DNA of 64,000 nt, taken from NCBI GenBank assembly GCA_013265495.1, contig MU057880.1, forward strand, positions 712,527 through 776,526, given 5' to 3'. Position 1 is the stretch's first letter; every line of letters starts with the position of its first letter. Made by a program: the position numbers and the translations under genes. This document shows positions 37,546 to 49,325 of this stretch, in pieces. The notes under the pieces are model-generated. The model was not told where the DNA came from and did no database searches. It was given only the letters and a program-made list of their open reading frames with translations. Source of the stretch: Vicugna vicugna. Its lineage: Eukaryota.

Positions 37546-39290
37546 TTTTTCTTCCAGTTTTGTTAAGATACAATTGACATATGGCATGGCATGAGTTTAA
37601 GGTGTAATATTTTATGCATCATGACTTGACTTGCATACATCATGAAGTGACGGTCACAGTGTTTCATGAACATCCCTCATCTCATGTCTTACATGTTCAA
37701 AATAGAAGAAATAGAAACAAAACTTGTTCTTGTGATGAGAACTTAGGATTTACCCTCAACAACTGTCACGTGTAACCTGGAGCGGTGTTCATTGTATTCT
37801 TCATGTTGTACATTACATCCCGAGTCCTTATTTATCTTATAACCGGGCGTCTGTTCATGCTGACTGCCTTCACTGAAACCCCTCTCCCCCCCGACCCGCC
37901 CTCCTGCCCCTGGTGACCACAAACGCATCTGACCTCTTCTCCCATGGGTTGGTTGGTTTCTGAAGTGTAACTGACCTGAAACACTAGGTGAGTTCCTGTT
38001 ACACAGCATAGTAATTTGGTGTGTCTGTACGTTTCAAAGTGATCACCACAATAAGCCTAGTTGTCATGTTCACCATACTGAGTTATTACAGAACTGTTGA
38101 CTATTCCCCACACTGTACATAGCGCTCTCCGTGTGTGATCATCTTAAGTTGCTGATCTCTTCAGTTCAAACGCATTTCAACAACCCTGCAGGTTTACTCC
38201 CCGCCCCCAACATTTGCTGTCTCTGACACCCTGTTCTCCATCTGTTTGCTCTGTGTACCCCTTGACTACACTTACTGCAGGTGTAGATGATTTTATCCTT
38301 TCATCTTTTAACCTTCCCACCAGCTTTCCACGTGGCTGATGCACTGCCATTACGGTAGCTTTGCCTCTGCCTTTTGTAATTTGCGTGTTTCTGGCTGTGG
38401 CCTTCTCGTTTTTGGTTAGAGAAGTCCCTTTAACGTTTCTTGGGAGCTGGCTTGACAGTGCCGAACTCCTAGCTTTTGCTCGTCTGTGAGGCTTTCCGTC
38501 TCTCCACCGATCTGATTCAGAACTTGCAGGGCGAGGTGGTCTTTGCTCTAGGGTTTTCCCTTTCGTCACTTTAGATGCCGCTCCCTTCTGCCCTGCAGAG
38601 TTCCTGCTGAGAAGCCGGCTGGCCGCCTTACGGGAGTTCCCCTGAATGTTACTGTTCGCGTTTCACTTGGTGCTTTTAATAGTCTCTACTTATCTTTAAA
38701 TTTGTCATTGTAATTACAGCGTGACTTGCTGTGGTCCTCTTTGGGCTGCCTCTGTTTGGGATTCTCTGTGCTTCCTGGAGTTGGATGTCCGTTTCCTTTC
38801 CCAGGTGAGGGAAGTTTGCAGCTGTTTTGTCTGCCCCCTTCTCTCTTTCTTCTCCTTCTAGGACCTCTATAACGTCAGTGTTAGTGTCTTGATGTTGTCC
38901 CCGAAGTCTCTCAAACTGGCCTCATTTCCTTTTATTCTTTTCTGTTCTGTGGCAGTGATTTCCACTCCTCTGCCTTCCAGCTCACTGATCTGCTCCTCTG
39001 TAGCATTTAGACTACTGCTGGTTCCTTCTGTGTACTTTTCATTTCAGTTATTGTATTTTTCATCTGTTTACTTGTTCTCTATATTTTCTGAATCCTTGTT
39101 AAAAACTTCTTAACTTCTCTCTCTGCTCATCCATTCTTCTCCCTAGTTCTTTGATCATCTTTACGATCATTACCCTGAGCTCTTTCTTAGGTAGATTTTG
39201 GTTACAGTTTTCTCTGTTCATGGATATACGGGCCTGAATATGTGTTTGGAGTGAAATCTTTTTGTTTGTTTGTTTGTTTCCCATTTTGGC
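37546..39290 (-). mobile_element. L1 with ORF1 remnant joined directly to a 3'UTR (ORF2 absent)
   Basis: ORF1p-like ANFPHLGKETDIQLQEAQRIPNR...GTPVRRPAGFSAGTLQGRR (about 38820-38585) and KKELRVMIVKMIKELGRRMDEQ; 3'UTR at 37546-38120. Confidence 0.8.
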
Positions 39291-40003
39291 TTATTCTTTA
39301 CAATAAAAGAACTATTTCCTTGGTGAAAGAAAGAAAAGAAAGAAAGAGAAAAAAAGCAAAAAAAAAAAAAGAGGAGGTTTGGCTCACTTTACAAAGACAC
39401 TAGTTAGCGATCCTAAGAAATCTGGATAAAAAACTTACAGAAACAAGAGAACATCATTTCACGTTTTTTAGGAGAAGAGATGTTACTTTATCTGAGTTTT
39501 GGATTACTCTTGGCAGCTGATGTAGGATGGACTTGATAAGAGAGAAACTGGAGCCATGACTGGTTAGGACGTTATCATGATAAACCAGATGAAAGACGCT
39601 GAAAGACTGTTTGCCAGCACTGCCTGCCTCTCACCGAGAAGAGACGCCCCTTGAAGGCGAGGTCTTTGCTTTGTTTCCTGCTGTATCCCCCACACTCAAA
39701 ACAGTGCTGGGCACATAGTCCAATAAATATTTGTTACATAAATGAATACGTAAATCAGCGAGAGAGTAAATGAATAGATGAGTTAATGAATTAACTGAAA
39801 CATGGCAGATACAGAGGGGAGGTCAGGAAAAGACATTAGCCTCGGCACGGAATTTTCTGAATTCTCTTTTTCTACTGACACAAGCTACTGCCGGGTTCTA
39901 AGTGTTGGCAAGCAGATGAAGTTTGTTGGAAACTCTCCCAGATTTGCCTGTCTGTGTTCTTCCCAGCCTCTGTGGCACCTGCTTCTTTAGTGTCCACTGT
40001 CTT

Positions 40004-40344
40004 CAGAGGTTGGCAAACTACAGCTCCTGGATCAAACTTGTCCTGCCACCTGCTTTTGCAGGGCATGTGGGCAAAGAATGGCTTTTACCTTTTCAAATAG
40101 TTGGGGGTGGGGAAAGCAAATGAGTAATGGTTTGTAACATGTGAAAACTGTTTGAAATTATAATGTCTTTGTCTACAAAGTTTTATTGGAACACAGCCAC
40201 GCTCACTCATTTACACAGTGTCCAGAGCTGCTTTTGACCCGCGAGGGCAGAGCTTAGCAGTTGAGACGGAGGTTGTATGCCCCACATGCAAAGCCAAAAA
40301 TTTTTCCTCTCTGGCCCTTTACAGGAAAAGTTTGCACACCCCTG
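40004..40344. mobile_element. MER58B-like hAT-Charlie element
   Basis: Termini CAGAGGTTGGCAAACT ... AGTTTGCACACCCCTG. Confidence 0.8.
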
Positions 40345-40701
40345 ATCTAGAAGCACTCTTGAGAAACACTTCGATGTTTATTCACAGTAAGAAATAAATC
40401 AGTTATCAGTGAAAGCTCCCAAAACATATTTTACAAAATGTAACAGGTAAGACAAAGCATCAAATTACAACAAGAAACAAACAAGAAAGAGGAAGAGACA
40501 TAATAATACTGCTGTATCTTAGGTGCCAGGTTCTCAGATAAGCAATTTTAAGTAAAATTGATTAATTAATCCTCATCTTCCAGCAAGGCCACCAGATAGG
40601 TGTCACTGTTCCTGCTGAATAGACGAGAAGCTTAAACTCAGAGGCCTGGGTCACAAAGCCAGCAAAAGGCAAAGCCAGGATTAGACCCTACAGTAGTTTA
40701 A

Positions 40702-40797
40702 TTTCTTTTTTTCTAAATGGAGGTACTGGGGATTGAACCCGGGACCTCGTGCATGCTAAGCATGCGCTCTACCACTGAGCTAAACCCCTCCACCCCC
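40702..40797 (-). mobile_element. Vic-1-like SINE, well preserved
   Basis: Reverse complement reads tagctcagtggtagagcgcatgcttagcatgcacgaggtcccgggttcaatccccagtacctcca followed by an A tail. Confidence 0.88.
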
Positions 40798-43604
40798 TGC
40801 CATTCCTGCACTAGGTTAGCTTCAAAAACGCATCCTTCACTGTAACTTTAGAATTTCAGAACCGGAGGAGGAAGTCACGTTGGGTGCGTACAGGAGAGTC
40901 GGAAAGCGGGCTCTGCTCCCTGTCCTTGAGATCACAGTTTCTCCAGGGCAGGAAGATGCAGAACCAGGACCCACAAAGCTCTACATGTGTTAGTGGAAGC
41001 ACGTCTCCTTCCCCATCACGACCTGGCGCTCACGGCGGAGGACCGACGCTGGGCGGCTCTGTTTATGTATCCCAGCTGTGAGTGGCCCCACGGGAGCTGG
41101 TCCTCAGCCGTGAGTGAGAACTCCAAAGAAGACGGGCACTTGAGGGTTTTGTTAACCCAGGAGCTGCCAACTTCACGGCTGGCGAATGAGGGCTGGAATT
41201 TTGGGGAAAAGAATGGAAGAGCCAAAAAAGCCCGCCATATGATGAAAAAAAGTTAACTCCCTAAGGGATGTTGCAACAGCAGCCGAACAAAGATGAACAA
41301 AGTTGTTAAAGGAATAATTAAGACACCATGGATTGGACAGGAGTCGGAAATTTTGAGCTTTAAGCAGGGAATTGGATCCAGCAGAGCGTCTAGGCTCTGA
41401 GGAATGAGGGTTAGGGGAGGAAAAGTGGATCATTTCAAGAAAACACCCATAAAACTGCCCATCAGGGGAGCCACATGTCTGTGTTGCTGGTTGGGTGGTG
41501 ACAGGCGGACCTTTGGTTAGGTCAGCCCTGGGCCGGCTCCAGGGGACTGCTGTGAGCGTGGTGTCCTGTACCTGGTGCCTGCATCAGCTGTGTGACCAGG
41601 GAGGGTCATCCCAGAGCTTTCTGTGCCTTGCACACAGCATCCTGCTATTCCTAAAGCGCGGATGAGGAGATGGGGGTTCAGGAAAGTTCTGTGACTTAAC
41701 TGAAAAGCCACCGAGAACCTTGAGTCTCTGGGGAGCCCATCCCCACGCTTTGTTTGCAGAGCACACATACTTCTCACTCTTTGGCCTGAAACAAAGGGTC
41801 TAGACTCAGGTGCCAAGGAATTGCTCTTTTAAAAAAAATGGACTGCGGTCCACAGGGTGAAGAAGGAAAGACTGCAATATAGACGCTCCTCTCACGTTCG
41901 CAGCAGTGTGAGGTGACGACGAAATTTTAGCAACAACTAAAACATCACACAGAGGGTCATTATGTCCCCCAAATCAGCAGGTGTCTGCAGGATGCGTGCG
42001 GGTGGCCCAACAGGGACAAAAGATCCGTGTTTACGTAAGTTTGAGAAACGCTAGGTTATTGCACACAGGTTGATCTACCACTGGATTTCTCAGGACTGTT
42101 AACATGTTTTCATATGCTGGGAAATTCTAACAGGCAACGGGACAGTGTTCCCAAGTGTACTGATGGTGGACCACCCCTGCCCCACACCCAGACATCTCCA
42201 TGCCACTCATGAGAACAGCATTTGGGGAATATTTGGGAAAACACCGACCTCAGCATACCCTGAAATTTCAGTAAGACGAATGAATACAACTCTAATTTCA
42301 TCTTGTTTGGAGATGGTGAAATTTTTCTGATAGCAGGAGTTTTGTAGGAGAGCCCTCAGGTACCTGTCACGTTGGGAGAGAAAAGAGTTTCCGCGGTCTG
42401 GCCGTTTACCAGAGCAGTTGTACCTGAGTGGGAACCGGACCCACTGGCGAACACACAGGCATCACCAGGAGCTGTGGTGACTAGGTGCTGGGCAAATATC
42501 CACCCACATCCTGCATCCGGAGAGCCACTTCTCACACTTTCAACTTCCCTGGAAAGCTTTGATGACTTTTTTAGGCACAGACCTGTTACCACACCAACCA
42601 CTCACTCCATCTGAGCATCTGGTCAGACCGTTGCCCACCTGTGCTCTCTGCAAACTCTGAGCACCCCTGACCCAGGACAAAACGAAGGGGCTGCAGGGCC
42701 GGGAGGGGCCAGGTGACACCATGACCGCAGCCAAGGCAGCTCCCGCCTCCCAGATCTGGGGTCAACTTTGGGTAAGAGGAGTGACATTCCTTCTTTGTGT
42801 CCCCAGTCTGCCTGGACCATCCTGCACCCACGGTGGTTCTGGGATTTCTGAAGCTCCTCCGGGGCCAGCAGCTCACTGTCTACTTTATGCAGGACCATTC
42901 TTCCTGAAAGTCTTAGCTCCTTTACACGCTCACATCCTCAACTTTCAATACCAAATTTACCTCAAGGGTCAGCCACCCAGACCTCCTCTTATTTTTGCTT
43001 GTTTCACCCACTTCCACAATTCCTTGATTCCTTTTTGTTCATTGTCTTACATTTAAAAGGCCAATACATCTTAAATACCCCTGCCTTTGGGCATCATCTG
43101 TTAGACAGTGTCCTTCTCATCTGATAATTTCTTCCCTCTTCCAACAGCTTCTGATACATTTGGGGGAATTTTCTAATTCTCGCTTCAGGATTTTATCCAT
43201 CTAGCTAAAATATCCCAATGTCTAAAGGCCTGCCTCCTGCAAATGTGGCCTGTGTGAGGATTTTTAGAGTACAGAACGTGTCTGCGTTAAGCTGGTTAGA
43301 AACAAAGCCGTGGGGTGGGGCGATTAAGACTCCAAACTGTGAGCCAGCCTGTAGGGGAGGGAAGGGCTTGATCGCTGTGGCTCTGGACAAGGGACCAAGC
43401 TTTCTGTGCCTCGTTCCCCAGTGATAAACTGGCGGAAACAATGCTCCCTACTCCCTTTGGATGGTATAAGAATTAATTGCATTAACGCATCTCAAAGGTT
43501 TATGACAGCACCTAGAACTTAGGAAATGCTGTACCATCATTAGCTACTATTATTTCTACCACCTAGAATAACAAAAGCACCTTAGAAGAAAGTGTGGTGA
43601 TTAT

Positions 43605-43902
43605 TTATCTTTTTTTTAAATTGACGTATAGTCAGTGTACAATGTTGTGCCAGTTCCTTGTGTACAGCATCGTGATTCAGTCATACGTGTACATACATGT
43701 ATTTGTTCTCATTCTTTTTCATTATAGGTTACTGCAGGATACTGAACGTAGCTCCTTGTGCTTTACCTTAGGATTTTGTTGTTTATCTATTTTATATACA
43801 GTAGTGTGTGTCTGCAAATCTGGAACTCCCGATTTATCCCTTCCCACCCCCTTTCCCCCTTGCTAACCATAAGTTTGTTCTCCACGTCTGTCTGTGAGTC
43901 TG
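43605..43902 (-). mobile_element. young L1 3' end abutting the exon 2 acceptor
   Basis: T-tail plus 3'UTR; ends about 35 bp upstream of exon 2. Confidence 0.85.
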
Positions 43903-43937
43903 AGTCTTCTAAACACATTCTTTTCTCTCTGTTGAAG

Positions 43938-44170
43938 GCCCAGATTATGTAAAGGACCATCTACCGAAGGTTGCCCAGCACACCGCCTATATCGGAGAAA
44001 AGCGCCCGGCCCTAGAAAAAACGGGAGATCTCCGGTATCTCTGGAGACCCGCCTCCAACCAAAGCTTACCAGCAAAGTACAAGTCTGAGTACGTGGGTGA
44101 AATCGGTTGGGGAATACCGCAGTATGGTTTCATCAACAGAACAAGGCTTCAGACTGGCTTTCACATCAAG
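43938..44170 (+). CDS. SPMIP2: SPMIP2/C4orf45 coding exon 2 (GPDYVKDHLPKVAQHTAYIGEKRPALEKTGDLRYLWRPASNQSLPAKYKSEYVGEIGWGIPQYGFINRTRLQTGFHIK)
   Basis: Acceptor ttcttttctctctgttgaag|G and donor AAG|GTATTG; 233 nt, phase 1 to 0, no stops. Close match to recalled human C4orf45 GPDYIKDYLPK...EKTGDLRYLWRPASN...GFHIK. Confidence 0.95.
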
Positions 44171-44814
44171 GTATTGCTCTTGAATTTGTGTTCCTCCTGG
44201 CGTCTGGTTTTTCTGGTTCAAATGCTCCCCGTGTTGGCTTCCGTAGGAAATGTCATGCCCATGACCTGTCATTGCGAAGCAGTGACAAATGAGTTTTTGC
44301 AGAAAGATGAGTGTGTGCATCAGTGTACTTGCTACGGTCCTTCCCTTCGTCCCTTTAAGACAGGAGGGGAGGGATGTGAAGAAAATGAAGCTGTGGGCAA
44401 TCTGAGAGCGTTCGCACTTGGCTTTGGAACGCAGTCAGATTCCACCTAGGCTGTGACATTCACACACGTCCCCCGTTCTCGCGCTGCTTTGTGAGTGGGT
44501 GGTGTGAAAGGGGAGGCCTGTGCTGGGACTTCCTCCACAAACCCAGAAACCCGCCCAGGGCTCTAAAACCCACTGTGTGGATCACGCCTTGAAGCCAGAC
44601 CATCCAGGCTGTGGAACCAGAGGGCTCCTAGGAACCTTGTCTTATTTCCGTTCTGATGTGGATGCAGCCATGAGTCCGTGCAATCTCCCCGGAAATGGAA
44701 AAGAGCACGGGTGACTTTAGAAGCAAAATTTGAGAAATGGGACTTTTTTTTTTCCAGGCAGGCCCTTAGCCTGGTAATTGAACATATATCAATTAAGCAT
44801 TAACTGGATTTCTT

Positions 44815-45313
44815 TTTTCTCTTTTTTTATATTGAAGTATAGTTGATTTACAATGTTGTGTTAATTTCTGGTGTACAGCATAGTGATTCAGTTACACACA
44901 TACATGTATATATATTCCTTTTCATATTCTTTTTCATTACAGGTTATTACAAGGTATTGAATATAGTTCCCTGCGCTGTACAGTAGGACCTTATTGTTCA
45001 TCCACTCTGTTTTTTGTTTCGTTTTGTTTTGCTTGGTTTTTGTTTTTCGAGTTTTTTGGGGGGCGGGGGAAGGTAATTGAGTTTATTTATTTTAACAGAG
45101 GTACCGGGGAATTGAACCCAGGACCTCATGCTTGCTAAGCACGCGCTCTACCACTGAGCTGTACCCTCCCCCATTCATCTCTTCTGTACACAGTAGTGTG
45201 TATCTGCTAATCCCAAACTCCCAATTTACCCCTCCCTCCCCGCTGCCCCACTGGTAACCACAGGTTTGCTCCCTATGTCTGTGAGTCTCTTTCTATTTTG
45301 TGAATAAGTTCAG
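44815..45313 (-). mobile_element. young L1 3' end (contains a SINE)
   Basis: Perfect 14-bp TSD TAACTGGATTTCTT at 44801-44814 and 45314-45327. Confidence 0.9.
45009..45173 (-). mobile_element. Vic-1-like SINE nested in an L1 3' end
   Basis: tRNA-Ala-like body; it interrupts the L1 3'UTR, which resumes at about 45175. Confidence 0.85.
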
Positions 45314-46434
45314 TAACTGGATTTCTTAAGACAATCCAGTCCAGCCTCAGACAGTAAGGGTTAACGAAGGAAAACCCTCCTTCTGGCCCAACCCTGGGCA
45401 GTACGAGCTCGGTCTCTGAAGCCGCACAGATGTGGGCTTGACTCCCGAGCTGTGACCCTGGCTGCGAGCTCACCTCCCCGTCAGCTGCCCCCGCACCACG
45501 TGGCAGCGTTCCGAGGGCCCGCTTCCTAAGACCACCTGGGTTCCGATCCCAGTCCTGCCACCCACCAGCTGTGAACGGGCACAGTTCCTTAACCTGTGCG
45601 GCCCCGCTGCTCACCATGACTCTCAGCCTGGACCTTGTTGGGCTGCTGTGAATAAGCCTCTGTGAAGGGCTGGGCACAGAGCCCCGCACATGGCAACACT
45701 GTGTGTTTAACGGCATTAGTTAAGACGTGCAGACTCACTCTGGGGACACGAGGAATGCACTCCGCACCGTGCCCGGCGCGGGGCTGACACCCGACTTCAG
45801 CGATCAGTGCTGTGGTTACTGTACTTCTGTCACTCAGGGCCGGTTACACAGAGTGAAGCCTCAGCTTCCTGCACTGTGTCCTCATCCACTCAGGCCGTAA
45901 AGAGAAAGATCAGAACGTTGACTGAGTGTCAGACGTGGCCACCAGCGGGAAGGGGACGAACCCCAAAGCAAGGCAGCTGGTTTGAACAGTCTAGAAGCCT
46001 TGCTGCTTCTCCTTGGGTGATGCCCGGCTTCTGTGCACGGCTGTCCATCTGTCTGTCTGTCTTGAGTGTGTGCAGCTGTGCATCCAGGATCCACGTCAAC
46101 CCCGACGTGGCCTTCCAAGAAGGGAGTCCTTCCATTTCTTTCAATGCAATGTCACAGATGACTGTAAATCACCACTATGGGTGGTAGCCCCGTCCTCTTA
46201 ACCCCTGTGGGGCTGGCCATGAGCCCCTTGGAGACCTCCCCACCCTGAGGCTCACGCACAAGTAGCTCTCATTGGGCTCCTGAAGTGAGGGCCGTTGCTG
46301 GTCACCAATACATTTTCTTGGCTCTGGCCTTTTGACAGTAATTATTTTCAAAGATGTAACAATCTTCAGGTAACAATCTTCAGCAAGTCTTCCTCCCCTC
46401 TGCCCACCGCACCCCAAGGGGTATGTTGTTGGGT

Positions 46435-46630
46435 TTTTTTTTTCAATTCTTATTTTTTATTGAAAGGTAGTCGATTTACAATGTTAGTTTCAGGTGTGCA
46501 GCAAAGCGATTCAGTTACATAAAAACACACATAATCTTTTCCATTACAGTTCATTATAAGAAATTGAATATAGTTCCCTGTATTACACAGTAGGTCCTTG
46601 TTGTTTGTCTATTTTATATATGGTAATGTT
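46435..46630 (-). mobile_element. young L1 3' end
   Basis: T-tail followed by gatttacaatgttagtttcaggtg...gtaggtccttgttg. Confidence 0.8.
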
Positions 46631-46734
46631 TAAACAAGTCTTGAAGGATTCCTTGGACTTAGAACTTTATCATGAGAGCAAAAAGATTCATTGAGAGTGA
46701 CTATACGTACTGGTGAAAAACCACAAATGAGGAG

Positions 46735-46849
46735 GGGAGGGTACAGCTCAGTATCTCCGTGGTAGAGCGTGTGCTTAGCAAGCACGAGGTCCTGGATTCA
46801 ATCCCCCGTACCTCCATTAAAGTTAAAAAGGCTAAAAAATGGGAAAAAA
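46735..46849 (+). mobile_element. Vic-1-like SINE
   Basis: tRNA-Ala-like body with a short insertion in the A-box; TSD aaccacaaatga/aaccacatatga. Confidence 0.85.
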
Positions 46850-48479
46850 GAACCACATATGATTTACCCACCAGAAAAGCCTAGGTTTTGTCATCAGGGC
46901 TGCTCACCCGCCTCCCAACCCTCCTAGCCTGGGCCTGGTCCCCACTACATCCAGGGCAGGTGAATGTCCGCTTCTGGCCTCAGACCTGGATTCCTTATCA
47001 ACTCAGGGCTTCAGGTAGCCTCTTCCGATCAGTGAGACTCTGCACAAAGTGACATTTGAGCTGATACACACACACACCCCCTCCACGCCTAGAAATAAGC
47101 CCCTAATTACAAATCACGTGTGGCATGAATTCGTGCCCTCCTCTCTAGGGAGCTGGTCGAGTCCTTTGTGGGATGTAGCACAGGGCAGTGTCTCAATCCA
47201 TGTTCTGTTCTCTCTCTGGTTCCTTGTCCTTGGTGCACCGCCATCCCCTCCCAACGCTGTTCACGTCCGGAATGGTCCCAACAAGGTGACGCTTTGTTTC
47301 CATCTAACTTTAGTGACGCCTCAGTGTCTCCTATTACAATAGCTCAGAATTTTTATCTTTAAGCACAAACCTTCATCTAGCAGATTGTTACAGCCAGAGC
47401 AGCTGCTCTTCCTAATTTACTGCTCCAGGTTCGTCTAAGACCCGCAGCCCAGGAGGCTCGGGCACCACCAGGAACTCTTGGTAAAATGCCCCAGGGCAGC
47501 CGCTTCCTGCCTGGGAATGGTCCTTCCTCGCTGGGGCACCCGGAGGGGTTCTACAGATCAGCTGGATTTGGGTAGAAAGATAATAACTTCTAGGCTGAGG
47601 GACACCTGAAAAATTTTCCCACATTGCAGAGGTCAGTAAAAACCACGATATCAGGTTTCCCTTCTGGGTCTTTTTGTGTTTAGTTATTTGCTAGTCACTC
47701 CTGTGCGGGGCCACAATGCATGAATAATGCACGTGTAATAAACCAGGAAAGATCGGTGCTTTCGTTGTTGTTTCAGATTTAAGAGCTGTACATCCTTTTT
47801 TTAAAATGGATTTGGTCTCTGCAAAGCTGTACGTGTTGTTTCTGCAAGGAGGGATGGAGACCACTGAAACAATTCCTTTGGTTTCAAACCAAGGAGCATT
47901 TCTCTAAGCGCCTGGTGGCTGGGCTTGTCTCCCCTCCCCTGGCCTCCTGACACTCTGCATCCGACCTCACGGCCCAGTGATTTCTGTCGCTTGGTTTTCC
48001 CACGGAATCAGTGTCGCACTGGACTTGATGACTGACTCTTCTTAGGTGTGATCCCAAAGATAATATTAAATCAATGAATCATGGCAGATATTGCAGCTGT
48101 TACTTCGTAACCGACACACTGATACATTGCAGTCATACAGTAGAACACCTTGAACGGTCCAGTCCGTGTGTAATAAGGAGAACCATGGAGACCCGGCAAG
48201 ACATTTATATATACAGTGTAATATAAACAAAGGAAAATTTTCCAGGCTTTGAAACTTCTGCCTCATTTTTAACTGCCACAAATTCCCACATTATGACTGC
48301 AGGTGGCTTCTCTGTGAGTTTTATGGACACGTGAACAGGTTCCTTGATGGATGTCAAATAAAGGTTGCATCCAAGGCTGGTTGCTTTATCAGACATTTTT
48401 CTCACTGTGAATTTATTTGGAGAAAGTAAACATAAAAAGAGCTCCCAGTGACTGAGTATTTGTGAGGAAGTTACTATGA

Positions 48480-49325
48480 TTTTTTTTTTATAATTGAAGT
48501 ATAGTCAATTTACAATGTTGAGTTAATTTCTCGTGTACAGCATAGTGATTCATATATATATATATGATTCATATGTGTATATATATATATTTTCCTTTTC
48601 ATATTCTTTTTCATTACAGGTCATTACAAGACATTGAAGATAGTTTCCTTGCTATCAGTAGGAATTTGTTGTTCATCTATTTTATATACAGTAGTGTGTA
48701 TCTGCAAATCCCAGACTCCCAATTTATCCCTCCCCTCACCCATTCTCCCTTGGTAACTATATGCTTGTTCTCTACATCCATGAGTTTCTTTTTGCTTTGT
48801 AAGTTCACTTGTTTTATTTTTTTTAGATTCCACATATAAGTGATCTCATATGGTATTTTTCTTTCGCTTTCTGGCTTACTTAGTATGAAAATCTCCAGGT
48901 CCATCGATGTTGCTACAAATGGCACTATTTCATTCTTTTTTATGGCTGAGTAGTATTCCATTGTGTATATACATCACGGCTTCTTTATCCAGTCATCTGT
49001 CAGTGGACATTTAGGTTGCTTCCATGTCTTGGCTATTGTAAATAGTGCTGCTATGGACATTGGGGTGCATGTGTCTTTTCAAATTAGAGTTTCCTCCAGA
49101 TATATGCCCAGGAGTGGAGTCTCTGGGACATAGGGTAAGTTTATTTTCAGTTTTTTAAGGAATCTCCATACTGTTCTTCACAGTGGCTACACCAAACTAC
49201 ATTCCCACCAGCAGTGTAGGAGGGTTCCCTTTTCTGCACACCATCTCCGGCATTTTTCATTGTGGAGTTTTCAGTGATGGCCATTCTGACTACTGGGGTG
49301 AGGTGATACTTCATTGTAGTTTTGA
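48480..49325 (-). mobile_element. young L1 3' end
   Basis: ORF2 peptides TTMKYHLTPV.RMAI and MEYYSAIKKNEIVPF, plus 3'UTR. Confidence 0.9.

Noticed and set aside
40716..40790. Possible genuine tRNA-Ala(AGC) gene (also applies to the other tRNA-like copies)
   Set aside because: Extra G-rich leader, acceptor-stem mismatches, A-rich tails, TSDs and about 10 diverged copies identify these as SINEs.
44066..44449. ORFs 44066-44320 (-) and 44093-44449 (+)
   Set aside because: One is the antisense shadow of exon 2; the other is exon 2 read through its donor at 44170.
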